The translations under genes and the position numbers were made by a program. A stretch of 61,850 nucleotides of DNA, filler included, from Sphacelaria rigidula (lineage: Eukaryota), in assembly GCA_964200075.2 (NCBI GenBank). It is 7 parts of 7 records of this genome, joined end to end, with 100 filler letters (N's around TTAATTAATTAA, not from the genome) between each part and the next. Parts side by side here need not be neighbours in the genome. Positions count along the whole stretch, not along the records: positions 1 to 8,750 come from CAXNAA020010196.1; positions 8,851 to 17,600 come from CAXNAA020010197.1; 5 more parts are not named here. One strand, 5' to 3'. Positions 1-12,839 of this stretch are shown here, piece after piece. A model generated the notes under the pieces. It saw only the letters and a program-made list of their open reading frames with translations. It did not search any database and was not told where the DNA came from. Position 1 is the first letter of the stretch. Every line of letters starts with the position of its first letter.

Positions 1-32
<32 letters not shown>

Positions 33-239
33 AAAATGATCGAAGGCACTTGCGGACGGTACTTCCCTCGGGTTTTTGTCGCATACTGGCTAGCCTCCTC
101 AAACCTCCTTGCATTAATCAACCTCATTTTATAGAATCCCTCGTTACCTCTTGGGCATAGTGTGGGAAAAAATCCCGCGTCTTCACCGGGGCGAATGGCT
201 ACTGCTATGTTTTGCTCAATCTTGTCAACCGTGTAAAAC

Positions 240-1310
240 TTCCAAACCGGTACCCAACAGTCCTGTGCGACCTGTAAAGTCCATCATACCCCTGGTCGAT
301 AACTCCGAAAGGTCTGTATGCCTCCCATAACCCCAACCCGGGTTCAACTCATACTCTTGTGCGTATATCCGATGCAGGCAGAGTACGGGTATATGTCCGG
401 GGGAGGTGAACATTTTGATTCAATCCCTACTTCTGTTCGGATAAATCGCACTTGTTCCCCAACCTCCATCAATCAAACCCCCCTAGTATTCAAATCCGTA
501 CACCTCTCAAAATATTATTTCAAAGTTTGATATACAGGCGGTATGCGGGGTTTAGTTAAGGGGAAAAACAAAAACATGGAAAGCAATGCAGACCGTAGAG
601 GTGGACCATTCCTGAACACGAGTAATGGATCGAGTGGGAGCCCTTCATCTGCGCCACCATCGGTATCAACTAGCAGGGTGCAGGTCATAGAATTATGGTG
701 TCCAACCCTATCTTGTATAGGGGCCGGCTTGTTGCATACACGGGGTATCTTTACGGATATTATCCCTATCCGACACTTCGGTGACTTCTGTGTAAGACCT
801 TCATACCAGTACCCGAAAGTTCTGTAGCTTCTGTTAGACTTTCATTGGCCTACTCGATATTCGTCGCGAATTCTGTAAGACTTTCATTGCCGTACTCGAT
901 ACCTCTATGACTCCAGTAACTTGCATACCCCTACCCGACAGATCCGTGACTTCAGTGACGCTTTTCTAATCCCACTCGATAGTTCCGTGACTTGTGGAAG
1001 ACTCTCCTACCGATCCACGATAGTTCCATGACTGTTGCAACCCCCCTATACCCTTCCCTGACAGTTCTGTATTTTCTCCACACAAGGTTTACCCCTATAC
1101 CCTTGTACAAATATCCGGGTGCGTGTTCAATTTTGTATGAAAGCTTCTTTCATCACCCGACAACTTCTGGATTCTCTGTAAGCCTCCTATACCTATCCGA
1201 TAGGTTCTGTAACCTTTGCGCGATTTTCATCCCGGTACTCGTTACTTCTGTGAGATTTATAAACACCCTCATACCCTACCGAACACACCCTCCTAACCCT
1301 GCGAGAATAT
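240..1310 (-). repeat. Dispersed repeat built from degenerate ~40-bp subunits (probable non-autonomous DNA transposon), copy 1
   Basis: TTCTGT(A/G)A...CATACCC.TACCCGA subunits recur. The reverse complement of ~1050-1310 aligns by eye with 43790-44059 and 10430-10660. Boundaries are approximate. Confidence 0.6.
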
Positions 1311-2599
1311 ATATATATATATCCTCAGGGCTGTGAACAATCAGCTCTGTTCAGTGCCAGTTGCCAGTACAACAATTGTTTTCCAGTTAATCGCCCCTCC
1401 AGGCTGGTGGGGGGTGCCGCGCAGGAGCGCCGCCCGAAGCAGAAGAAATTACAGGGCTTTGACGTATGTTCCCCTCAACGATCGTAAATAGTTGTGAAAA
1501 ATGCAACCACTCACATCGAGCTGCTAAGAGGCTTGCACCACTCGAAAATGTCTTCGAACGTGGTAAGCGATTCGAAAATCTTTCATCTATAGTATGCAGC
1601 AGCAGACACTCTCCATGAGGACCTGAAGATGTGGACAAAGAGCGCAACTTCTCACCGCGGCTTGTTCAATAGACTGCTTGTGTATTTTGTGATCACCTGT
1701 TACGGTCATTTGTTTGCGGATGAGGTACATATCTGCTACATCACTTCGAGGTGTAGTGGTAGTAGCATAACTGCTACATCACTAAGAGGTGTAATGGGTA
1801 TATACTACATCATGTTCAGAACGCTCTTCATGCAATTGGCAATCATGGTTTGGCGTTCGGCACTTCCGCATCAAGCGTCCCACCATAACTAAGTCACACC
1901 TCTTCATTTCTTCGTTTTCTTCATTCGGCTGACCAACCGTCGACCGACCCCCTGTCGTCGATAGATAAAAACTGCAGAACAACTAGGTACCAACGGCGTT
2001 TGTGGTGCCTGTGCTACTGTAGACCGCAAATATCAATCGTACAGTCTAATTATATAAAGTGTTTCTTTGTTATAAACTCCCCATAATGAAACTAAGATAA
2101 AATACTTGGTAACGACAAGCGGTACAACACCTCCAGATGAACTGGACAACCGGCGCTCTCTTAGCCATTTCCAGTGTAACTCCAGTTACAATGAAGATAT
2201 ACAGTATCAGCTGGTCCAGTTCCTAGCCCATTTAATGCATGTGTACTTTCCCGCAGGAGTTGGCATCACCCATTTTCAGCCCACGATTCAACACACATGG
2301 GAAACGGGGCGCTAGAAGGGGGCCTCCTACCTTCTTTGTGTTAACGCAATACAACGCACTCCTACATGCTGTACTTGCTAATATATAATGCCACACTTAC
2401 CAACAGGCCGATGGTTTTCCCACTGTAAATCTATCGAGGAGTAACCTGATTACCGAAAGCAACCTATTATCCCACTTCCTTCCTTTTCCACCCACTTGAC
2501 ATCGTTGCTTTCATCACCCGTTCGTCACGAATTCGCTCACGGTGCAACTATGATGCCTTCCGTTCTTTCTTCGCTGAACGTTCCGCAACCGTCCCTTCG

Positions 2600-3530
2600 T
2601 CGTTCTCCCTTTTCGTTCAACATCGACAGATGCTCCATGTGCACTACCCACGTGTCTGTATCCCAGGAGAAAAACCCAGTCCCGAAGGGCGCCAGGATAC
2701 AGGTCCCCTTCCTGGACATCGGGGTCAGCACTCCGTACCACCGCATGGCCAACCCCAACGGCTGTAAAGACAGGGTATACGCCCACGCCGACGGCCGCAC
2801 CTGCGCAAAGACCCTTGTCAAAGCGGACGAGAACAGTTCCACCCTTGCTACAAATGCAGAGCCACCCCTGCCAAAACAAAAACTGTTTGACCTGTCGGCG
2901 GGGGATCATGACCCAGAATTTATAAGGTGTCATGACTGCTTCTGCGACATCCGTGCCGAGCTCCCGTCGGTTTTTCAACGGCGCTTGTCACAAAAGAAAG
3001 TGGCGCTTGTCTCGAGAAACGACAACTCCGCGCCTCGGTAAGTACCGCGAGTCAATACTTATCCCCCCTCCCCTCCCGCAGGCGACCCCGTGACGCCACC
3101 AAGCAAAACCGACCCTCCACCCGAAAAGAAGAAACCTAACCCTACCCGACAACAGGGTACCCGACCCACGGCTACGAGGAGCGGAATCGGAAACCGAACC
3201 ACCGTTTACGGCAAGTACCACAACTACACATTCCTTTTCCTCGTTCAACTCCCTCTTCACCATGTACAGTCCCATTTTCATCCTGCCCTCCTCCACCTTC
3301 AATGCTTGCTTACATCGGTGGGAGCCTTTTCTTTTGCTTTCAAAATGCCTCAGTGCAATCTCCAGCCTGCACGCTTGTTCACGTCGCTACGTTCCTTTAC
3401 TTTGCCCCTTGCCCACCTTCTTTCTACCGTGATGCATTCCAAAACCAGATGCCTACACTCGGAACGTGACGGACTTCGTCACATAGGACATCATCCACGT
3501 CAGCTTCCGGCAGCGTCTGTGACTTTTTAG
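2600..3530 (+). mobile_element. Highly degenerate Ty3/gypsy reverse-transcriptase remnant
   Basis: ORF 2496..3041 has 'RVYAHADGRT..PPLPKQKLFDLSAG', resembling gypsy RT 'V.KKDG.R...PLP....LFD.L.G'. ORF 3090..3530 has 'LLHLQCLL...FAFKMPQC', resembling 'H..HL..VL....K..KC'. The catalytic YxDD is eroded. Confidence 0.5.
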
Positions 3531-4049
3531 CGGCATCTTTTCCCTCATTTTGGGCTCCGGTTATTTCGGCTTTGTGTCGTCTTCTTCCCGGTGCTTTTTG
3601 GGGGGCCAAGATTTGGAAGGATCAGGAGTGTCCTAAGTTCTATATGGCCTTAGTTTCAAACTATTTTCTATACATAACGAAGTTTCTGCTTCTAGGGTAG
3701 GAAGATATGAGTTTCTCGAACTTGGATTAGCTCTGGGTAGTTACACCGAACTAATAATAGGGTGATCAACACACTCGATACTGATGTTGAGCCAAGTCAG
3801 TGTATGCTTCGGTGATGAAGCTATTTCCTCATTTCCTTGAACCTGGGATCTTTTTCAATATTACTAGGTCTATTACGGGATGGTTCTCGCTGCCTGCGAC
3901 ATGTCGATTCCTGCGTTTGCTTTTCTACATGTATATGCAGCAGTTGGTGGTAATTTGGTCGTCTAGATCGCACCCCGGTAATTTGTCAGCTTGCAGTGTG
4001 TTCCTTGTTGTTCGATCGGTTTTTGTGGGCTCGTTCTTTTCGTGTACCG

Positions 4050-6900
4050 TTTTTGGGCAAAGGTATCCTCTATCAACTCTTGGTTTTATGGTCGTGGGTG
4101 GTAGGCTCCTTGCACGTGACCAAGGATCGGAGAGGAAGAACTAATAATGTTTTCAAGGACTTGAGCTAATGTGACGTCAGCTCTAAAAACAGAAGATGAC
4201 AATACCCCACCGTCGGGAGTTGAAGTGCAACGTGCCCGTGACATGGCTTTTGCGCACGAATTACACCCGTGCCGTGCCTTTCCCGCCTTTCCGTAAAAAA
4301 AAAGAATCCGCAAAGGACAAGCACGGCGCCTAAACTAGTCCCGGTGCTATCAACAATTTCCCAACTTCCCCTGGAGAAGCCGAACCTCCGGCGCACTATA
4401 CGCGTCACCCAAGACGGGCTATTCCCGGTAGAGGTCCTTTTTGTAGCAGATGCACTCGTGCGCCTCGCGCGTGAGTGCGTGCGGGCCCCTACTAATGAAA
4501 ACCTGGTTGAGAATCAGGCCGGTACTCCCTAAATTCGGAAGAGGTCGTTACAGCCCCCTATCCCTCGCTCGTGCATGATGTTAGAACCTACACCCATGAA
4601 ATAACGTACGCTCATCTGTTGAGACGGATGCCTCGCAAACTGTTGGGCGTTCGCTGCCTTGTACCCCTTGTTATTGACACGCTCCATGCGTGTGTTCGTC
4701 ACCAGGCAAACGTAGTGCCCGACTGACGATCCGTACCCTATTGTTCCAATATTGGCCTCTATTTTCGGTCTCACGCGTTGGACGTTCCCACTCCAACTCC
4801 GCGAACTTACCATCGTCTCCCAGGTTGCCTATGTTGGCCTCCATCATTGGTGCTAGCCAGGTAAATGGCATACCCAAACCAACTCCGCGGACTCAATAGC
4901 CGTTTCCTGTTTTGCCCATGTTCGATGGCGTAATCGCTCCAGCTCCGCACCTTGACGGTTCCCCTTCTGTTCTGCCCAACACGGGTACTTCACCCAGCGC
5001 TACCCAGTTGACTGGTCCATCCACGCCAACTGTAGTGTCCCGGTAACGCCCATCTTACTGTGTACGGAATCCACTCGACATATCAGGAGACAACTCCGTT
5101 GAATAACACTGACATTACGTAGCCCGACCAACCTATTTCGAAGGATCACCACGGCACTAATATTTCAGCATCGCCGCTCAAAACGCAAAGCACGATGTGT
5201 CAGATGCCTTATCCGAATTCGGGTCGGATGTTGTCGGTAGTACTACAACCATGGATGCCGCCTCTTTTACAGCGAAGTAGTTTTACATCGTGGAACTCAT
5301 GAAGATGCCACTTGTTAGTCCTTTCATTTCCCTACTCAGACTCGTCTCAAAAGTTCATGACAACCAGCTGCTGGCGACAAATATACGATGCGGAGAGAAG
5401 CGGACAAGCGCTGTGTTTCCACCGTTCACCTCCGTGCCTTTGGCGGGTATGGCTCCTCCGCTTCCCTCGCGGTTGGCCAATCGGTGAGGCTCAGTGTACA
5501 ATTTATATTATGATAACAGCCCCACGTCTTGGTAATCCATATGGACGTTAATTGTGACCGATGCTTTTATGGCATTTGATGTATTGTTGGAACTAGATAG
5601 CTGAGTCCGTTTCTTCACAGACACGTGCATGTCGAAATAATCTGTACCGAACTGGGACATTTCGACACTGATTCGGGAGCTCACGCCTACGCGAATGCTC
5701 TTACATGGGCAGGGAATGCCGTCGACTGTACTATGTTATTGAACTTGTTGCCGCGCTTTCTCGCGACCTCCAGCTTGGTTTTGTAAATCTCGCGCGACGC
5801 TATGGGTCGCCAGCTCGTACTGGAGAATATTTGGACGATTTGCTCAAATCCGACCAATCACATGATGATATGCTTTGAACAGACCTGAATATTTGTGCTT
5901 GAAGGACGGCACGCCATCATCAATCTCATGTTCTCTTTGCGTTCCGCTGTAACTCACAGGCATTTTTTGGGTTGTACTTAGGCATCCCTACTCCGGACAG
6001 CCTTGTCAGATTCACGTCTTCCCGAGGAACCCAAGTTATCCACCGAAATCACGATGAAGACAAAAATGTGTCCGATGGACATGGCAGACCCTGTGGTGGA
6101 ACAGATCCGTCTGACACGACTGATCCCGTCCCTCCAACTGCACTGCTGGACAGATCGGCTCCGGAACAGCGTGCTAGTTCTCAGCGTATTTGGGATGACA
6201 ATTCCCCGCATGTGCGGCACATTTGCTTGGATCTATCCGGTGATGGTTGGGGCCCACTATAGTCGATAGACTCAAGGCCATGTCCATTTGATATCCTGAA
6301 CAAATTTTCACGTTCTTCTCAGAGGTACGTCGATGTACCACGACATCGTTCACAATCGAAACACCAGATGGAACTCCGACTATCGGCCTGCGTCCTTCCC
6401 GTACGAACCCTTTACTAGGGGATAACATCGAGAGGATTCTCGACGGTTGCTTAGCCACCCACTGCATTCGTCGCTCCACGTCACCTTTGGCTCGATTTTC
6501 GTCAGCAAGATCACACTAACGGTCAATTATCAACGGTTGAACGCTTCCACTAAAATTTCCCGTCTACATCCTCCACCTGTTGATGAACTATTGACTCTCT
6601 TGGCAAGAGTGATTTTTTTTCTTGAATTTAAGCGGAATACAAGTTTTGGACAATTCTCGCCAAAATGGCGGAACACAACGCAAGGACACAACGATGGATT
6701 GATACCCTTTTCGTTTGGCGACTTCAAATTGAAATGCCGAACAGAACCCCTGAACTCAAACGCCGATATTTCGTCTCGATTGTCCGCACCGGCTAAACCT
6801 ATCGATGAACCCGCCATGGGACGCGCTACGAGTACCACCGAAGGCACTGTATCTTTGATTAGTAGGGACGGTCGCGATGGCCTCTACACGCCACTTTCAC
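4050..6900 (-). mobile_element. Highly degenerate Ty3/gypsy pol remnant (RT - RNase H - integrase order)
   Basis: Minus-strand fragments occur in gypsy order: 'KGINPSLCP' (GII.PS.SP-like, ~6700), 'SIVNDVVVHRRTSEK' (YIDD-like, ~6340), 'GPNHHRIDPSK', RNase H-like 'DGIPCP...SVKK' (~5600-5730) and an integrase zinc-finger-like 'CNSCAK' (~4250). There are many stops and frameshifts. Confidence 0.55.
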
Positions 6901-8180
6901 TGATTATGATTAACACACCGGCTTTCGGTGTGGGTGGGGGGACAACTGCTGCTCACGCATCAGTCCTAGGCAGTTCATAATCTCAATCATTGTACCCAAT
7001 CTGGAGTGGACTGCCTGCAAACACCGTTTGATTGCGATCTTTGCCGCGCCACACTAGTCAACGTATAGCTTTTGCATCAGTCATATCACCCTACAAGTTC
7101 AACTTCGACCGTTGATTTCGAGTAGAACTCATGCACGATGGGCCACCAAGACAGCCAAAGATCCGCTCGTCTCTGGTTCCGACCTTCCCCTTCTTATCCC
7201 AATTTCGGCACTCGACCTTGCGCCCCCTGAACCCCCATGGCACAAGGCCCCCCGGAACTCGACCCCGCCTACCGCACCTCTTCCGACCACAGCCAAATTC
7301 CTGGCTGTGGTACCCTTTTGCGGGGATGATGTTCCCGACGATACTACACTGACCTATACGCTTCTCGATGTTGATGTAGGTGATCACGCTCCGCCTGAAA
7401 ATATGTTGCCTGGGACCCCTCCCACTGAACAAGCTGTCAACACGTCTTGTCATGATTTTCTTAAGTGATGAACCCACCCGAATTTACGTCCCGATGCTTC
7501 TGCAACTGTAGGTTCTACATGAAAGCCATACGCAGGCATCCATACGTATATCTTGGAGCCGTTGGGAATTCCCAGATACTTGAACGATGTCATTCATGGA
7601 TTTGTATGGGTCAGTGTATACGTTGGTGGGTGCTCCGGCAACCTGCACCTCATGCCGACAGCCGTATGAATGAAAATGCTCCCCCGCCGGGAGCGGAATT
7701 TTGGGGATAGAAGGACAGTTTTCATCGTAAAATTACTTGACAAATCAGAGAAAACTTCGCTCAGCTTGTTTTTCGTGCCGCCAGGCGAGGGAAATGAACC
7801 CATTTTTGCCCTCGTCTTCAGCACTGTCGGTCATGCAGGATATTTGTTTTCCGCATGAGGCGAAAATATGTGCGTTGAAAAATTGTTGTGTGCGGGAAGC
7901 CGCACGTGGTACATGACAAAATATGCGTTTTTGCTCATTTTCACTCTAGCTCGTGCGGAGCAGCAACAGCGCAACGCATATCTAAAGCCCTGCCATAGCA
8001 CTTAATTATTGTTGACATCTATGGCGTTTCCACTTGAAACTTTTTTCTTGTTCGGGCTCTACCCCGCATGGGCCAACGGCCGAAAAAAGATCAGACGGCC
8101 CGAAAAGTTAAAAAGAAAGGATCGTCCTTGCCTTAACTAAGTCTTGTGCTAGATAGTCCCAGGCCCTAGTGAAGCCCCCC

Positions 8181-8252
8181 TCATCGTACTCCGTCTCGAA
8201 AGGGATGCGTGGTCAATGGTCACACGACTAAGGCAAGCAACAAATGTGTACG
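8181..8252 (+). mobile_element. Short 3'-end fragment of a LINE (same family as 41350-42455)
   Basis: GTCTCGAAAGGGATGCGTGGTCAATGGTCACACGACTAAGGCAAGCAACAAATG matches ~42394-42448 and the reverse complement of 35258-35300. C-runs flank it on both sides. Confidence 0.7.
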
Positions 8253-8750
8253 CCCCCCCCCCGCCCCCCTTCCCTCTCAGGCCCCTCCCTGAAGACGAGT
8301 CCGTAGTCTCAAGGGATGAACNNNNNNNNNNCGCCTCCTTGCTCCTCATTGAGAGGCTTGTGGGTCCCTCATCTACCCAAGAAACTCAAACCACACGTCT
8401 GTCCCCCCCCCCCCCCCCCCTATCGTACATTACCACCCATTCCAACGTTCCTGCCCTCTGCCGCGTCGATTCCCACTATATTTCCGAAACATTCCAAATT
8501 TTCGACACGATTCCATCTTTCCAACAAACCTAATTGGCACATCATGAGTATCCGTTGGGGAGATGCAATCTGCACCCCGTAAAGACCGATGGAACAGAGG
8601 AAGTACGTGCTTTGTACGCGCACAACCGCTTCCGTGCACTGGACTGGCCGTCACCGAGTGATGATTGATTTACTGATCGGAGTGATGCCGCGACAGCCAC
8701 CTCCCCCCCCCCCCCCCCCCCAACCCCCCAAACCCCGTTCCGGCGGGCAC

Positions 8751-8850
8751 NNNNNNNNNNNNNNNNNNNNNNNNNNNNNNNNNNNNNNNNNNNNTTAATT
8801 AATTAANNNNNNNNNNNNNNNNNNNNNNNNNNNNNNNNNNNNNNNNNNNN
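8751..8850. other. Artificial contig-joining spacer (N44-TTAATTAATTAA-N44); also at 17601-17700, 26451-26550, 35301-35400, 44151-44250 and 53001-53100
   Basis: The same 100-nt block, with stop codons in all six frames, recurs at an exact 8,850-bp period. Confidence 0.98.
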
Positions 8851-9100
8851 TTTAGTGTCGTTGATTCGAATCGTACGAATCAATCCCTAGGCTTTGTTTT
8901 CAGCGTTGCAACCCGGGTACAGGCAGCCCAGACACGTGGAATGGCGCGAAAGTTGAGTGGATACCCACCCCTTGGACCAGCGGTAAACTTTTTTCTCCCT
9001 TTTGGGCAATCAGGCCGAAGAGATCGTGGATTTGGTGATTCGAACCCGTGATGACTCGTCCTAACCGTGAACCCTTCGGACGGGTACGCAGCCAACGTTG
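8851..9100 (-). mobile_element. Possible degenerate tRNA-derived SINE
   Basis: Pol III B-box-like GGTTCGAATCAC on the minus strand at 9046-9035. The A box is poor and there is no cloverleaf. Confidence 0.3.
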
Positions 9101-10429
9101 AACAAATTTTTGATGCAGTGATTGATACAGTGTATCGATCGATACACTGTATCTATATCGACCAACGTTGATGTTATCATAGCGTTTTCGGTCATGATGT
9201 TCCATATTTTGGGGGGACTTTTCCTGTAGCATTGTAGTAACCCGGCGAGGATCGTCGTCTTTACCCAGACTATCCTCCGTCAAATACTAGCACAGTAAGT
9301 GTTACCACTATTAATAGCCAGAACAACTGGTGTGGTATTTCCTGCTCAGCGGTAATCCTGACAAGAAGCGTTTTGCAATATACATGAAACACTAAAGTTT
9401 CCGCGTCAATTCCCACTGCTCAGCATGATATAGCCACCACTCCATACCGTATTCCAATGGCCTTCACAAGCGAGCATTGATTGTACTACGTAAACTTCAA
9501 CCGTGCTTCCACGTGGACAGGTCGTGGTTTAACCTTTGTGCGGTCCCGCAACAGTGCGGGGAATATTTTGCGGTCCTGGGGCAGTGCGGGGATGCAACTG
9601 TTGGGGCAGGGGGGAGGGGGGGGGGGGGGGGTACTCTGATATTTCCAACACCGCAAATTGTGAAACATTCATTACCGACTTCAAACCGCACGAATCTGAA
9701 TCGCGCAAGCGAAAGGTGCCTCAAAAGTGGGTCGACTATCATCTCATCATCTAGCCCGTTCCTGGAGCGTACGGTGGGTCAGAGAACTTGGCAGCGTCAT
9801 GCAGTACTGCCCAGAGTGCTCCCCACCCCCCCTCTTAATGCATCGTCCCACTTCAGTCAGGCCGGTACCCTGACCACTGTGTCATGTGCTCTTCAACGGT
9901 TCCTCACTTGACTTGTCTACTTTTCTCTCGTTTGGGATTCTCCGTATTTCAGAATTTCGGATAACGACAACTACGCGCTTCATCTCTTATCTTGTGCTCA
10001 AAGTTCACCGCTTTTTAGTAATTTTGATCTTGCGCCATTCTACTCAAATTTTCTTGATATAAACGTATCGAGTGTTTTTTTCCAAGCATGCATTGAGCGT
10101 GGGTACGTACGTCCACATTGCGACCACGGTTGGATGATGACTCGTAGCGGATCAGTTAATATACAACAATCACCAACAAATCACCCGATTCATTCAAACT
10201 CCACCAAGATACCGTCACATGTACGAACCTTAAGTAAAAGCTTACTGCACAGGCTCTAAAAGTATCGTAACTCGCTTCGCCAAAAAACGTGCCCCACGAA
10301 GCGGACCATATTTTTCAAGGTTGTGTTTTGTATCACGGACCTCAACCCGTACACTGCGAGGGCTGTCTATCAGGATCATGCGGTCCGTACTCTTTTCTCA
10401 TGATGTGATGCCGATTCAACAGATGTTCT

Positions 10430-10660
10430 ACTCTCGCTAGGGGTTAAAGAACTGTCGGGTACCGGTATGAAATTCTCACATTTCACAGAACCTGTCGGTT
10501 ACACTATGAACGTTGTACAGAAACCCTTACCCGCAACCGGGGATTTTTGCAATGGTATACCCGTACCCCCCCCAGGTGAGGGTAAAAAATCCATACAGAA
10601 CTGACGGGTACCGGCATGAGAGGGTTCCAGAAATCTCACATAACTGTCGGGAATACGGGC
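10430..10660 (+). repeat. ~40-bp-subunit dispersed repeat, copy 2
   Basis: ACAGAAC(C)TGTCGGGTACCGG-like subunits recur, as in 43790-44059 and the reverse complement of the copy at 240-1310. Confidence 0.6.
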
Positions 10661-11097
10661 AATATCTACTTCGCACATGTTTTCGTGGCGTCTCTCTTCT
10701 TATTTCTATTTTTGGTAATATGTCTTGAAAGGAATAGCATGGACGGTATTGGAAAGACGAGCCTACGTCTGTGATAACGAGTTCCCGAGATCGGGCGAAT
10801 GTGCGGAAATAAGAATAAAATAATAATCTTGTCAAATACCCCGGGTAGACAAAAAATTCTACCCAACAGAACACAAGGTTGAAAATTTAGAGCCTGGCGC
10901 TTTTTACTACTCCCCAACCTACCCCTAATCCCCGTAAACGCAACCACGGTTGTACAACAAACGCAGCGCATGATGAGATATAGTTATGTCCGTACAGGCC
11001 ATCAGCTGTAATTTCGCAGCACTCGAGAGTTAGTTACTCGACAGCAAAATTGGTCAACATGCTTCGACCCTTCCGCCCGGAAGATGGCTGAACGTAC

Positions 11098-11878
11098 GTT
11101 GATTTGATTGGCTTGTTGTTTGGTTGATTGTTTGGTTGGTTGTTAGTTAGTTAGTTTGTTTGTTTGGTTGGATGGTTGGTGTATAGTTTGGTTGGTTGAT
11201 TGGATGGTTGATTGGATTGTTGCTTGGTTGGATGGGTTGTTGAATAGTTGGGTGGTTTACTGGATGTTTGGATGGTTGGTCAGATGGTTGGCTGGTTAGT
11301 TGATTGATTGGATGGATGGTTGTTTGGTTGTTTGTTTGTTTGGTTGTTTGGATGCTTGATTGGATAGTTGGTTGGTTGGATGGGTTGTTGAATGGTTGGG
11401 TGGTTAAGTGGATGGTTGGATGGATGGTTGGTCGGATGGTTGGTCAGATGGTTGGGTGGTTGATTGGATGGGTTGTTCAATGGTTGGGTGGTTAAGTGGA
11501 TGGTTGGATGGTTAGTCGGTCGGTTGGTTGATTGATTGGATAGTTGGTTGGTTGGATGGGTTGTTCAATGGATGAGTCGTTAAGTGGATGGTTGGATGGT
11601 TGGTCAGATGGTTGGCTGGTTGATTGGATGGGTTGTTCAATGGTTGGGTGGTTCAGTGGATGGTTGGATGGTTAGTCGGTTGGTTGGCTGGTTGGTTGGT
11701 TGATTGGGTGGATGGTTGGTTGGAGGTTGATTGGATAGTTGGTTGGTTGGATGGGTTGTTCAATGGTCGGGTGGTGAAGTGGATGGTTGGATGGTTGGTC
11801 GGTTGGTTGGTTGGTTGGTTGATTGGATGGCTGGTGTATACGTTGGTTGATCGCGTGAGTGATTGGTCGATTGATTGC
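11098..11878 (+). repeat. Compound (GGTT/GGAT/GATT)n satellite with higher-order units
   Basis: About 780 bp of TTGG/ATGG/TTGA tetramers with a recurring GGATGGGTTGTT(C/G)AATGGTTGGGTGGTTAAGTGG block. Confidence 0.95.
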
Positions 11879-12839
11879 CGCACACTGACTGATGCCGGAG
11901 GGACTCAGCCGAGGTCATTATCCACAAGACATTCGTAGACATGCCCAAGGGGAACAAAAACAGGAACGCTCGCTGAAGAAAAAAATAAAAAACGGAAAAA
12001 CCGGAAAAAAGGAACAAGAAAGTATGGAATAAAACCAGAAGGGAGTGAAGTGAGAAAAACAATACTGTAACCCCAGATCAAACAATATCAAAACGAGCAA
12101 ACAAAACAAAGGAAATTACGTACGAAGCGGAGTTTCTTTATCTCGACTGTCTCACGATACCTGAAATGTACCGAGATGTACAATAAAGCGCGGAAGACAA
12201 ACGCACCTAACATGAACATAACCGAAACGTTCGCTGAATGACAAGAAATCTGAAGGAAGGACAAGACAAAAAAGGAGGGGTGTGGAATTTACAGGTGATC
12301 TCGATAACACTGTCGAGAAGTACTGTTATGGGTGGGACTGGGGCCCGATTTTGGATACTATATTTCGGGAAAATGGATCACGAACGCTATGTGCGTAAGA
12401 ACTGGACCGTAATCAGACGAATTATATTTATCAAAAATACATGCGTCACCTCGAAACAAAGACCTGGCTCATATGAAATGTACTATGAACATGGTACATA
12501 TCTTGAATCCTGTGAGTGCTCGGTGTTGAGATGTTTTTGTTCCTCCGCATAACTCGCTCCAGATCAGTGGGTGCAAACTCTTGGTGCACTAGTGTTCAGC
12601 TGCTGTGGTACTCGGGAAGCGCACGCGCCCGAGCTGCGACCTCACGTTTACCACCATTGCGAATATAACAAGACAAGAAGATGAACAGCGGCAGTTGTGG
12701 CCGCCACACACCAACGCATCTGCAGTGAAAGGCGTGCCTGACATCGTGCTAGAACGAGAGAGAACGGAAATTTGGATCCATGAGCAGCAGCGTCGCACAT
12801 CCCTTGGGTTCTCTCTCGAAAACGTCCGTCACAAGACGG

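Noticed and set aside
11280..12062. N/Q/P/T-rich and W/V/G-rich ORFs
   Set aside because: They are translations of the GGTT/GGAT satellite.
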